A stretch of DNA of 59,932 nucleotides, taken from the NCBI GenBank assembly GCA_945871805.1, contig CAMBXE010000003.1, positions 1-59,932 on the forward strand. Direction: 5' to 3'. A program made the position numbers and the translations under genes. Positions within the stretch are counted from its first letter, which is position 1; every line of letters starts with the position of its first letter. Below are positions 45,648 through 54,904 of this stretch, in pieces. This DNA comes from Rhizobium sp. Q54. GTDB taxonomy: Bacteria; Pseudomonadota; Alphaproteobacteria; Rickettsiales; UBA1997. Under the pieces are notes generated by a model that had not been told where the DNA came from, ran no database searches, and saw only the letters and a program-made list of their open reading frames with translations.

Positions 45648-48600
45648 AATTCCTCCAATTTTTTTATTACCGAGAAGGCGGAAGAGATTTTATTTTGCGG
45701 CGAAGAGGTGTTGCACAGAAATAAAACTCGCTGACCAGTATGTAGCTTAATCTTGTTCTTACTCGCGAAAATCATCCCCAGTAATTTTTCTGGATTTCTA
45801 AATTGATTATTCTTGAAGCCAAGCACGACGCCTTCCGAAGTCGATTCCAATTTTTCGATCCCGAGTTTTTTACAGAGATGCTTGAGCTTGGCGATTTCGA
45901 TCAAATTCAAAATTTCTTCCGGAATTTTTCCGAAGCGATCATTCATTTCGTCGGTGAGATTTTGTGCGTCTTCTTCGCTTTTTATCATCGCGATTTTTTT
46001 GTAGAAGCTCATGCGTAGAGATAAATCGGGCATGTATTCTTCAGGGATGAGCAAAGAAATCCCAAGCTTAATTTGAATCGAGTAATCTGCCGGCTCGTCA
46101 CGCTGAGCCTGTTTAAGTGTGCTGTCGTTGCTCTTCAAATCCTCAATCGTTTCCAAAAGCATTTGCTGATAAAGCTCAACACCAGTTTCTTTCACATGCC
46201 CAGACTGCTCATCACCAAGTAAATTACCGCTGCCGCGAATATCCATGTCGTGACTTGCAACAGTAAAACCAACGCCAAGTGAATCGAGATTTTGCATCAC
46301 TTCCAATTTTTTCTGCGACTCGTCAGAAACTTTTTTGCGATGATCGATCATCAAATAACAGTAAGCCCGAACCTTGCCGCGACCTACGCGTCCACGGAGT
46401 TGATAGAGTTGCGCGAGGCCGAACATTTCGGCTTTGTAGATAATCATGCTATTGGCCTCAGTGATGTCGATTCCAGATTCGATAATCGTGGTTGAGAGAA
46501 GCATATCGATTTTTCCGTCGACGAAATCATTCATGATTTGATCAAGCTGGTTCGGCGACATTTGGCCGTGCGCGTGGGTAATTTTAATTTCCGGCAGAAG
46601 AATTTTTAGGCGCGGCTCCATCTCTTCGATGTCGCGAATTCGGGGCACCACGAAGAATACGCGACCGCCACGATTATATTCGCGCATCACCGCCTCGCGC
46701 ACGATTACCGAGTCGTAAGGCATCACAAAATTACGAACGGCCAGGCGATCAAGTGGTGGCGTGGCGATCAAGCTCAAATCTTTTACGCCAGTGAGCGACA
46801 TTTGCAACGAGCGTGGAATAGGGGTAGCAGAAAGCGTAAGCACGTGAACCTCGTGACGCAGCTCTTTCAATCTCTCTTTTTGCGCAACACCGAAATGTTG
46901 CTCTTCGTCAATAATTACGAGCGAGAGATTTTTGAATTTAATATTTTTTTGGAGCAGGGCATGCGTTCCAATCACGATTTGCAAGGATCCGGCTTCAATT
47001 TCTTCGCGCGTCTTTTTCGCATCTGCAGCGCTAACAAGACGTGAAAGTTGAGCGATTTTCACGCCAGTCCCTTCGAAGCGTTTAGTAAAATTTTTGAAAT
47101 GCTGTCTTACCAGAAGAGTCGTCGGTGCGACAATCGCGATCTGCGATCCTTTTTTGCCCACTACTGAAGCTGTAGCGCGCATCGCCACTTCAGTTTTTCC
47201 GAAGCCAACGTCGCCGCAAATTAAGCGATCCATCGGTGAGCCCTTGGCTAAATCTTCTTCAACTTCTTCAATTGCGCGCGCTTGATCTTCGGTTTCAACA
47301 AAGCCGAAACGCGATTTGAATTCGTCGTAAAAATGTTGATTGGGAATAAAAATTTCTGCTTTTTTCAAATGACGCGCAGCGGCAATTCTCAAGAGTTCTT
47401 CGGCAGCCACCTTAATTCTTTTACGAACTTTTTCACGGCGATTTTTCCAGCCGGCGAGGCCAAGACGATCGAGTTGAATCAGCGGATTATCTGCGCCGTA
47501 ACGGGTGATTAAATCAATGTCGTGAACAGGAACGAAAAGCGTTTCATTGCCACCGTAAGCAATCTTGATCATGTCGGTTTTGATGCCGATCGCGATGATT
47601 GTTTGAATTCCTTCGAAGCGGCCGATGCCATGATCGCGATGCACGATAAGCTCTCCTGGCGCAATGCTTAAGCCCTCTTCAATTAATCTCCTCGACGCCG
47701 CTTTGCTGCTTTTTTTACGAATAATTTTTTCGCCGAAAATTGATTGCTCGCCGATGAGCATGAAGTCGGAAGTATAAAATCCGAGATTTAGCGGCAGAAG
47801 GATTGTCGGAAATTTAAGATTGTAATCCGGCAGAATTTTGGTGATGCGCTCGCGAAAACTTTCGCTCAAACAAGCGATAATAGTTTTGGTATTTGAGGTA
47901 AATTCTTTGACCAGTTCGAGCGGATCTTTTTGATTGGCGCGGCCGGCGAGTGCGAAGTCGGGAACTGGCTTTATCTCTAGGTCAATGATGCGACGATCTT
48001 TTTCTTCGCAGTCAAATTTATTAAACTGAATCGTAACAGTTTTTTGTAAATTTTTTGCAAATTCTGCGGCAGAAAAATAAGAAAGTTCTGGTGCGATTGC
48101 GTGGTAAGTTTTGTCGTGATCTCGCGCTTGAAAATATTCGTGAATTAATTCATCGCGCTCTTTGGCAAAAAGAAAAACTTCTTCGCTAAAAAATGTGACT
48201 GGGCTTTTTAAGTAATCAAAAAAACTAACTAAATTTTCTTCGTAAAAAAACGGTAACCAGTGCTCCATTCCTGGGTAGGAACGAGATTCGGAAACTGCTG
48301 AATAAAGTTGATCATCAAGCGAGTGTGAAGCCCCTTCGTCGCTCTGACGCGCTGACCAGATCTCTCCCGATACGGGGATTCTTGCGCCAAAATTTTCGCG
48401 ATATTTTCGACGAAAATTCTCAACAGTTTTTTTGTTAAGAATTACTTCATTGCTTGGCAGAATTTCGAGCGACTTTACTGCTTCTTCGGTTATTTGTGTG
48501 ATCGGATTAAAAATTTTAATCGACTCAACTTCCTCGCCAAAAAAATCAATGCGGTAACCAATTAAATCTGCCGCTTGCTGCATCACGACATCAACGATTC

Positions 48601-49117
48601 CACCACGCACTGCAAACTCGCCAACGCTGTTGGCGCAAGCTCTGCGCTCGTAACCTTTGGCGACTAATAATCCGGAAATTTGCGGGATTGAGGCTTTGCT
48701 ACCGACTTGTAAATAGAGCCCGAGATCTTTGATTTGATTAGGCGCGACAGTTTTCTGAAGAAGTGAATTTACCGAAGTGATTACGAAGAATTTTTTACCT
48801 TCAGGGCGCGTCGCTAACTTGTACAATGTCTTGATTCGACTCGCTGAAATCAGGGGTTTGGGCGAGATGCGATCGAATGGTAAACAGTCCCAAGCGTAAA
48901 AATTTAACAGCTCAAAATCGGGTAAGAAAAATTGAATTTGCTTTTGCACAACTTCCATTTCTGCATCATTTTTGGCGACGAAAACGAAATCAAAACCATT
49001 GGCTGAATTAAGAAAATTCTTCGAAATTTCGGCGGATAAAAATCCCTGCGCATCACTGGGAATCTTGGTTAGAACACAAGATTCACGAATGTTTTTAAGT
49101 TTTACTTTGTAGTCCAT
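45644..49117 (-). CDS. mfd: Transcription-repair coupling factor, with two small in-frame insertions
   Basis: GEFAVRGGIVD, CarD-like VHRDHGIGRF, GDVGFGKTEVA, IDEEQHFGV, QLRGRVGR, TRCF C-terminal domain. Confidence 0.97.
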   Translation of the reverse strand: MDYKVKLKNIRESCVLTKIPSDAQGFLSAEISKNFLNSANGFDFVFVAKNDAEMEVVQKQIQFFLPDFELLNFYAWDCLPFDRISPKPLISASRIKTLYKLATRPEGKKFFVITSVNSLLQKTVAPNQIKDLGLYLQVGSKASIPQISGLLVAKGYERRACANSVGEFAVRGGIVDVVMQQAADLIGYRIDFFGEEVESIKIFNPITQITEEAVKSLEILPSNEVILNKKTVENFRRKYRENFGARIPVSGEIWSARQSDEGASHSLDDQLYSAVSESRSYPGMEHWLPFFYEENLVSFFDYLKSPVTFFSEEVFLFAKERDELIHEYFQARDHDKTYHAIAPELSYFSAAEFAKNLQKTVTIQFNKFDCEEKDRRIIDLEIKPVPDFALAGRANQKDPLELVKEFTSNTKTIIACLSESFRERITKILPDYNLKFPTILLPLNLGFYTSDFMLIGEQSIFGEKIIRKKSSKAASRRLIEEGLSIAPGELIVHRDHGIGRFEGIQTIIAIGIKTDMIKIAYGGNETLFVPVHDIDLITRYGADNPLIQLDRLGLAGWKNRREKVRKRIKVAAEELLRIAAARHLKKAEIFIPNQHFYDEFKSRFGFVETEDQARAIEEVEEDLAKGSPMDRLICGDVGFGKTEVAMRATASVVGKKGSQIAIVAPTTLLVRQHFKNFTKRFEGTGVKIAQLSRLVSAADAKKTREEIEAGSLQIVIGTHALLQKNIKFKNLSLVIIDEEQHFGVAQKERLKELRHEVHVLTLSATPIPRSLQMSLTGVKDLSLIATPPLDRLAVRNFVMPYDSVIVREAVMREYNRGGRVFFVVPRIRDIEEMEPRLKILLPEIKITHAHGQMSPNQLDQIMNDFVDGKIDMLLSTTIIESGIDITEANSMIIYKAEMFGLAQLYQLRGRVGRGKVRAYCYLMIDHRKKVSDESQKKLEVMQNLDSLGVGFTVASHDMDIRGSGNLLGDEQSGHVKETGVELYQQMLLETIEDLKSNDSTLKQAQRDEPADYSIQIKLGISLLIPEEYMPDLSLRMSFYKKIAMIKSEEDAQNLTDEMNDRFGKIPEEILNLIEIAKLKHLCKKLGIEKLESTSEGVVLGFKNNQFRNPEKLLGMIFASKNKIKLHTGQRVLFLCNTSSPQNKISSAFSVIKKLEEL

Positions 49118-49131
49118 TTAGTCTCTTTCTT

Positions 49132-49983
49132 CTAAAGCGGAGGTTGTCCCGCTAGGGCTGGATTAATCATCATCGGATTAATTTCCGTCGCTGAACTTGG
49201 GAGATTATTAATGGTGCTATTTGCCTTGCGGATCGTCTGTTTTTCTTTGCCGTTAATGTAGAGATTCATGTTGTAAGCGCAGACGATTTCATCGCCGTTG
49301 CGCAAAGTGAATTGCGGCGCAACTTTCTCGACAATTATGTAGCTTCCCGCTGATCTGAAGTTGATGAGCGATTCAAATCCTTCGGAATCAACAGAAAAAA
49401 TTGCTGGAATTTCGGCATTCTTTTTAGCGAATTGGAAGTAAGTGAACTCGCCATTGTCAAAAATCTTGATCGGCGCAATTGTTGGCTCGCCAGTATATTG
49501 GTAGTTGAAATTATAGATGCTTAAGTCGCGCATGTCAGGCTCGTCTGAGGGCAAAGATTTTGGGAAGGCGACGAGGTTTTTATCTTTCTCATCCGGGTAA
49601 ACAAATTTGGCGACGAAGATTAAATCTTTGTCGGTTATGCCCTTTGCTTCCTTTGCCATCAACTCAAAATGATAGACACGTTTGCTGCTGATTACGGTCA
49701 TGTTGGTTTCTGAATTATCTTCGCCGACCGGTTTTAAAAAAAGACGATTGCCAAGAGTTTCGAATAGCCAAAGCGAAGGATTTCCCATTGAAATCGTGCC
49801 GATTGTTTCGCCTTCTTCAAACTCGATGAAGCCTTGATAGGTGTAGTGCCCAACGTAGCGGTAAACATCGTTTGGATTGTAAATATAACTTCTAAATTTC
49901 TTTTCGCTGCCGAGATAATGCGGAAATTGTGCGGCCAAGGCGCTAGAGGAGAGTAAGAGGAGTAGAAAAAAAATCTTCTTCAT
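49132..49983 (-). CDS. virB9: T4SS outer-membrane core protein VirB9 (TrbG)
   Basis: YNPNDVYR, NRLFLKP, TNMTVI...R.YHFEL, N.NY.Y.G..TIAP..IFDNGEFTYF. Confidence 0.9.
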   Translation of the reverse strand: MKKIFFLLLLLSSSALAAQFPHYLGSEKKFRSYIYNPNDVYRYVGHYTYQGFIEFEEGETIGTISMGNPSLWLFETLGNRLFLKPVGEDNSETNMTVISSKRVYHFELMAKEAKGITDKDLIFVAKFVYPDEKDKNLVAFPKSLPSDEPDMRDLSIYNFNYQYTGEPTIAPIKIFDNGEFTYFQFAKKNAEIPAIFSVDSEGFESLINFRSAGSYIIVEKVAPQFTLRNGDEIVCAYNMNLYINGKEKQTIRKANSTINNLPSSATEINPMMINPALAGQPPL

Positions 49984-50816
49984 TATTTGATTTTGTAGAG
50001 TGTGTAACCGTTGATGGCGAACTTAACTGTGCCGTTTGTAACGCCTTTGTCGATGCCGGCAAAAGTAAAATTGATTTTTGCCAAATAACGTTCTTTTTCT
50101 GCCTTTATTTCTTCGTCACTATTTTTGGTTTTGATCGTGGCGGTGAAGCGAATTTCTACCTCAGTTGGAATCTTGGTAGATAAATATTCGCGTGCCTGAG
50201 TGGCGAAATCTTTAGGATCATTACGAATAAATTTTATTGAATCGATCTCAATAGCTTTAGTGACATCCAGGCCAAAATTACGAATCGGACTATTTGGATT
50301 GTCCTTATTCATTACCGTTTGGAAATTTCTATATTCGCTAGCGGAAGAAAGATTTCTGATTCGATTAAATTTCTTATTGACCTCTTCGATTTCTGCTTCG
50401 CTGAAATCATAACCCTCGCGGTTTTTGACGTAGTAAGACAGCAAATATTTTGCAAAAGATTCGTCGGCAGTTCTGATTTCTGGATCGTAACCAACATTCC
50501 CTCTTTTTGGCTTGAGTTGGATAAGGTTTGGAAATTCTCTCGATTGATCTTTGGCTCTAATAAAAATTGGATCTTTGACCACGAGCGGGAAGGCGCCTTC
50601 AACTAATTGAATTAAAAAATACAAAACTACTGCGGCAATCATTGCGCCGAAAATTAGCAAAGTGCGGTCGCAAATTGGGGCGATGTAACGAAAGAGATAC
50701 CAGTCGAGAGCGTCGTTAAAATAGCTGCGATCGCGAGTTGATGACTTGATGAATTGAAAATATTCAGCTGCTTCTTCGCTATTCTCTTTGGCTAGTTCTG
50801 AGAGTCTTTTTTCCAT
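49983..50816 (-). CDS. virB8: T4SS inner-membrane protein VirB8 (divergent rickettsial-type paralog)
   Basis: YF.DALDWY...Y, single TM, Y.L..YV..REGY motif; coupled to virB9. Confidence 0.72.
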   Translation of the reverse strand: MEKRLSELAKENSEEAAEYFQFIKSSTRDRSYFNDALDWYLFRYIAPICDRTLLIFGAMIAAVVLYFLIQLVEGAFPLVVKDPIFIRAKDQSREFPNLIQLKPKRGNVGYDPEIRTADESFAKYLLSYYVKNREGYDFSEAEIEEVNKKFNRIRNLSSASEYRNFQTVMNKDNPNSPIRNFGLDVTKAIEIDSIKFIRNDPKDFATQAREYLSTKIPTEVEIRFTATIKTKNSDEEIKAEKERYLAKINFTFAGIDKGVTNGTVKFAINGYTLYKIK

Positions 50817-51388
50817 TTTTTAAGAATTGTTTCCATTTCAGATTTAGCTAGCTCTAGCGCTTCGTAATCTGTGCTACGAAATACTAGCGAGGTACCGCCG
50901 TCAAAGGGATATGAGCCCATCGCAACGTTAGGATAGTTTTTTTGTAAGTCAGAAAAATTTTGGGCGATTACACTTTCGGATAAATCGATTTTTATTTCGC
51001 GTGATTCAACTTTTTTACCGCCAACTAAATCTTTTTTTATCGCCTCAAACATGGCGCGGAAAATTTTAGGAATTCCGGCGAGAAGAAAAATATTTTCGAT
51101 TTTGAATTCTTCCGGCTCTCTACCGAATATTTTGGCGATTGAAGGAACGGTGATATCGTCGTGAGTTGGACCGATTCCGCCTGAAGTGAAGATGTAATCA
51201 AATTTTTTTCTGACTGCGTCAACTGCGTCGATTATTTCTCGCTCGATATCTGGAACGACACGCACTTCGCGTAAATTAATTCCCATCTCTGCCAAAGAGC
51301 AGGCGAGGAAATTTAAATTCTCATCCTTCGTGCGACCAGACAGAATTTCGTCTCCGATGATTATTAATGCGGCGGTTACCACTTTCAT
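50792..51388 (-). CDS. Competence/damage-inducible CinA-like (molybdopterin-binding fold) protein, internally short
   Basis: IIIGDEILSGRTKDEN, VVPD, TSGGIGPTHDDIT, LAGIP, GSYP. Confidence 0.82.
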   Translation of the reverse strand: MKVVTAALIIIGDEILSGRTKDENLNFLACSLAEMGINLREVRVVPDIEREIIDAVDAVRKKFDYIFTSGGIGPTHDDITVPSIAKIFGREPEEFKIENIFLLAGIPKIFRAMFEAIKKDLVGGKKVESREIKIDLSESVIAQNFSDLQKNYPNVAMGSYPFDGGTSLVFRSTDYEALELAKSEMETILKKWKKDSQN

Positions 51389-51448
51389 AAATTTTATTTG
51401 TTAATTTTCCTGAATCATCGCCTTCGCGGAGACCCAGGAAGTAATAAC

Positions 51449-51525
51449 TGGTGCGCTCGAGAGGATTTGAACCTCCAACCTTTGCCTTCGGAAAGCAACA
51501 CTCTGTCCAGTTGAGCTACGAGCGC
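51449..51525 (-). tRNA. tRNA-Arg(CCG)
   Basis: GCGCTCGTAGCTCAACTGGACAGAG...TT-CCG-AA loop...GGTTCAAATCC...CGAGCGCACCA. Confidence 0.95.
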
Positions 51526-51534
51526 TTATTTTTT

Positions 51535-51604
51535 AACCCAGATCCGTCATTAGAATTAAGGGTTGGTAGAGATAATGGCGTGATTCTAATGACGGATCCG
51601 GGTT
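51535..51604. mobile_element. Family-C element, 70-bp internal-deletion derivative
   Basis: Same 22-bp TIRs; reverse complement matches the first ~53 nt of 44535-44715 and then jumps to the right TIR at AATTCTA. Confidence 0.8.
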
Positions 51605-52164
51605 TAATCGTCTTGTACTTGTTCCACCGATTCCACTTCTGGAATGTAGTGTTTAAGCATGTTCTCAATCCCATTTTTTAAAGTGATTGTTGAACTAGGG
51701 CATCCAGAACAAGAGCCCTTCAATACTAGGCGAACTATTCCATCCTCGAATGAGTGGAAAATAATATCCCCGCCATCCATTGCCACAGCTGGGCGGACTT
51801 TGATTTCGATTAATTCCTTAATTTGTTTAACGATGTCGGAATCGTTTTCTGAGGCAGTTTCAGATTCTTTTTGTTCAAACATCACTGGTTTGCCAGTAAC
51901 AAAAAAATCCATGATTGTCGCAAGAATTTCTGCTTTGATTTTTGGCCAATCGGTTTGTTCAGATTTAGTAATCGTAATGAAATCACGACCAAAAAAAATC
52001 GCTTCAACTCCAGCAATTTCAAAAAGTTGTAAAGCAAGAGGGGAAGCTGTCGCAGCCTGTTTTTGATTTTTAAATTCTGCCGTACCTTTTTCGAGAACAA
52101 TCTTGTCGTCTGGAATGAATTTTAATGTTGCGGGATTGGGTGTTTCTTCGGATCTAATAAACAT
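51604..52164 (-). CDS. nfuA: NifU/NfuA-type Fe-S cluster carrier
   Basis: ETPNPATLKF, VRPAVAMDGGDI, GSCSGCPSS.ITLKNGIE; start moved to ATG 52164. Confidence 0.9.
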   Translation of the reverse strand: MFIRSEETPNPATLKFIPDDKIVLEKGTAEFKNQKQAATASPLALQLFEIAGVEAIFFGRDFITITKSEQTDWPKIKAEILATIMDFFVTGKPVMFEQKESETASENDSDIVKQIKELIEIKVRPAVAMDGGDIIFHSFEDGIVRLVLKGSCSGCPSSTITLKNGIENMLKHYIPEVESVEQVQDD

Positions 52165-52187
52165 AATGTTTTCCAGTTGTTGTTCGC

Positions 52188-52212
52188 CATGCTTCGACAG
52201 GTTAGGCATGAC
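52188..52212. repeat. Family-D half element
   Basis: CATGCTTCGACAGGTTAGGCATGAC, matches the arm at 21355-21379. Confidence 0.7.
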
Positions 52213-52215
52213 TTT

Positions 52216-53928
52216 TTAAAGTTTTTTTATCCACCAGCTGTCGAGAGCAAGAGAATATTTGGGTTGGGTTTTTGGAAATTCGAAAATGTCGCGATACAGG
52301 ATTCTGTAAGTGTTATTGTGCCACTCGGGAATGGTGTAGTAATTTTCTAGAAGTCGTTGATCAAGTTGGGAAGTTAAGTTTTGTAGTTCGTTTTTATTTT
52401 TAGCGCGAGAAATTTTTTCAACTAATTGGTCCACAGTTTTGTCGTTCAAGCCAGATAAATTGCGACCACCTTTAATATCTTTTTGTGAGGAGTGGAAGTA
52501 GGCAAAAAGTTCGTCGCCAGGAATTGTTGCCTGGCCAAACATTCCGGTAATCACGTCGAAATCAAAATTATTAACACGGGTCTGGTATTGATTTTCCTCG
52601 ACGAAACGCACTTTCGCTTCAATGCCAAGTTTGCGTAAATTTTTGACGAAAGGGGCGATGATCATTTCGAAGGCTTGCGAATCGATCAGAAATTCGACGG
52701 CAATTTTTTCGTTAGTTTTTGGATCGATTAATTTTCCTTCAGAAAATTTGTAACCAGCTTCAAGTAATATTTGGCGCGCTTCCACGAGATTGTCACGATT
52801 GAATCCATCGCCATTTGCTTTCGGTAAATGGAAATTTTTGTAACCGAATTCTGAGTTAGCGAAATAACTTTCGGTGCGTTCGTAAGAGCTGTAAAATATG
52901 TGTTCGCGCAGCCATTCAAAATCGAAAGCGTAAGTCATTGCTTGACGCAAAGATTGATTCTGAAATTTCTCGCGGCGTAAATTTAAGACAAAAGTTTGCA
53001 TCGGTGCTGGCAGGCCGTGCTTAATTTCGCGCTTGATGATCTCGCCATTTTTAATCGCTTCAATATTATAAGCATTGGCCCAATTGCGGGCGACATTTTC
53101 TTGGCGGAGGTCATATTTTTGTGACTTAAACGCCTCAATCAAAACATTGTTGTCGCGGTAATAATCGTAAGTGATTTCGTCGAAATTGTAGCGACCGCGA
53201 TTCACCGGTAAATCTTTTGCCCAATAATCTTTTACGCGCTCAAAAGTGATTGAGCGATTTGGCTTAACCTCCTTGATTTTGTAAGGACCAGATCCTGTCG
53301 GTGGCTGCAGAGTTGTTTTAGAAAAATCGACGGAATCAAAAAAATGTTTTGGTAAAACTGGCAGCGACGCAACCAGCAAAGGCAGATCGCGATTGTGATT
53401 TGGCTTGAAAGAAAATCTGACTAAATGCGCGTCAATTTTCTTCACCTCTTTCACCTCGCGAAAAAGCATTTTGTAACTCGGATGTCCGTCAGAAATTAAT
53501 TTGTTAAAAGTGAAAATTACGTCGTCAGCAGTGATGAAAATTCCGTCGTGAAAACGGGCATTTTTATTTAATCTAAATTCAATCCAACTCTTGTCGGGCG
53601 CGAGTCTAACATCCTCGGCAACCAGCGCGTAACGTGCTGAAATTTCATCTTCACTGCTTTCGGTTAAGCTGTCGTAAAGGTAAGAAATGCCTGAAGCAGG
53701 AAGGCCTTTTAGGATAAAATTATTGAGTGAATTAAATCCGCCTTCAGCACCAAATTTTATTTTTCCACCTTTCGGCGCGTCAGGATTTACGTAATCAAAA
53801 TGCTGAAAATTTTTTGGATATTTGAGATCGCCAAAAGTAGAAATTCCCCAAGTGGGAGTTACTTCTACAGCAAACGCCTCGTGGCTCAGTAAAAAAAATA
53901 GCAGAAAGATCCTAGCCGTGAAAATCAT
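52216..53928 (-). CDS. yejA: YejA-like ABC peptide-binding protein (family 5); permease genes not adjacent
   Basis: LKYPKNFQHFDYVNPDAPKGG, ARFHDG, GSGPY, YW.KDLPVNRGRYNFD. Confidence 0.85.
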   Translation of the reverse strand: MIFTARIFLLFFLLSHEAFAVEVTPTWGISTFGDLKYPKNFQHFDYVNPDAPKGGKIKFGAEGGFNSLNNFILKGLPASGISYLYDSLTESSEDEISARYALVAEDVRLAPDKSWIEFRLNKNARFHDGIFITADDVIFTFNKLISDGHPSYKMLFREVKEVKKIDAHLVRFSFKPNHNRDLPLLVASLPVLPKHFFDSVDFSKTTLQPPTGSGPYKIKEVKPNRSITFERVKDYWAKDLPVNRGRYNFDEITYDYYRDNNVLIEAFKSQKYDLRQENVARNWANAYNIEAIKNGEIIKREIKHGLPAPMQTFVLNLRREKFQNQSLRQAMTYAFDFEWLREHIFYSSYERTESYFANSEFGYKNFHLPKANGDGFNRDNLVEARQILLEAGYKFSEGKLIDPKTNEKIAVEFLIDSQAFEMIIAPFVKNLRKLGIEAKVRFVEENQYQTRVNNFDFDVITGMFGQATIPGDELFAYFHSSQKDIKGGRNLSGLNDKTVDQLVEKISRAKNKNELQNLTSQLDQRLLENYYTIPEWHNNTYRILYRDIFEFPKTQPKYSLALDSWWIKKL

Positions 53929-54862
53929 CAGAAATTTAAATCAAAAAACATTATCCCCTATATTATCCCCTGGGCCAGAGATCGTACTTACAATCGGCAA
54001 TTTCGATGGCGTGCATCTCGGACATTCACAAATCATTTCTCAGGTCAAAAAAATTGCCAAAGAAAAAAATTTAGCTTCAGCGATTTTAACTTTTGAGCCG
54101 CATCCGATTTATTTTTTAAGGCCCGAGAAGCCGCGCGATTTCAGGATTACCAGCTTGGCGCAGAAGTTAAAAATTTTTCGCGAGCAAGAGATTGATTACG
54201 TAATTATTCTGCCTTTTAACAAAAAATTTTCTGAAATTTCGGCGGAAGATTTCGCGCAGAAAATTTTGTCTGAAGCTTTAAACGCCAAGCATTTAGTGAT
54301 TGGCTACGACTTCACTTTCGGTAAAAACCGCCAAGGAAATTTTAGATTTTTGGAAAATTTTAATTTTGCTCTGAGCGAAATTTCTCCCCTTAAGAATTCT
54401 GAGCAAACATGCTCATCAAGTTTAGTACGAAGATTTCTGGCGGAGGGAAATATTTCTGAAGCGAATCAGGTTTTAGGAAGAAATTTTACGATTCAAGGAG
54501 TGGTGAATGAGGGTAGAAAACTCGCGTCGCAACTTGGGTTTCCTACCGCGAATTTAGCGGTTAAGCCGCATATTATTAAACCAAAGTTTGGTGTTTACAA
54601 AACGGAGACTTTTATTCCACATCTCGGAAAAAGATTTTCTTCGATTACGAATTTTGGAGTGAAGCCAACGGTAAATTCTGCCAATCTTCCTTTGTTCGAA
54701 ACTCACATCCCGGGTTTTTCCGAAAAAATTTACGGCAAAAAGATTTGCGTTGAATTTCTTGACTTCATTCGCGACGAAAAAAAATTCACTTCGCTTGAAG
54801 AGTTAAAAGCTCAGATTGGGCGCGATGTGGCTCGCCTTGATTCTAAATTTTTCGCTCAATAA
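53918..54862 (+). CDS. ribF: Bifunctional riboflavin kinase/FAD synthetase
   Basis: TIGNFDGVHLGH, LTFEPHP, IGYDFTFG, SSS.VR, LGFPTANL, ETHI, IRDEKKF; probable GTG start 53918. Confidence 0.93.
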   Translation: MKIIRNLNQKTLSPILSPGPEIVLTIGNFDGVHLGHSQIISQVKKIAKEKNLASAILTFEPHPIYFLRPEKPRDFRITSLAQKLKIFREQEIDYVIILPFNKKFSEISAEDFAQKILSEALNAKHLVIGYDFTFGKNRQGNFRFLENFNFALSEISPLKNSEQTCSSSLVRRFLAEGNISEANQVLGRNFTIQGVVNEGRKLASQLGFPTANLAVKPHIIKPKFGVYKTETFIPHLGKRFSSITNFGVKPTVNSANLPLFETHIPGFSEKIYGKKICVEFLDFIRDEKKFTSLEELKAQIGRDVARLDSKFFAQ

Positions 54863-54904
54863 AAAGCCCCGCGTTTTTCAAAAAAATTCCCCTTACATTT
54901 TTAC

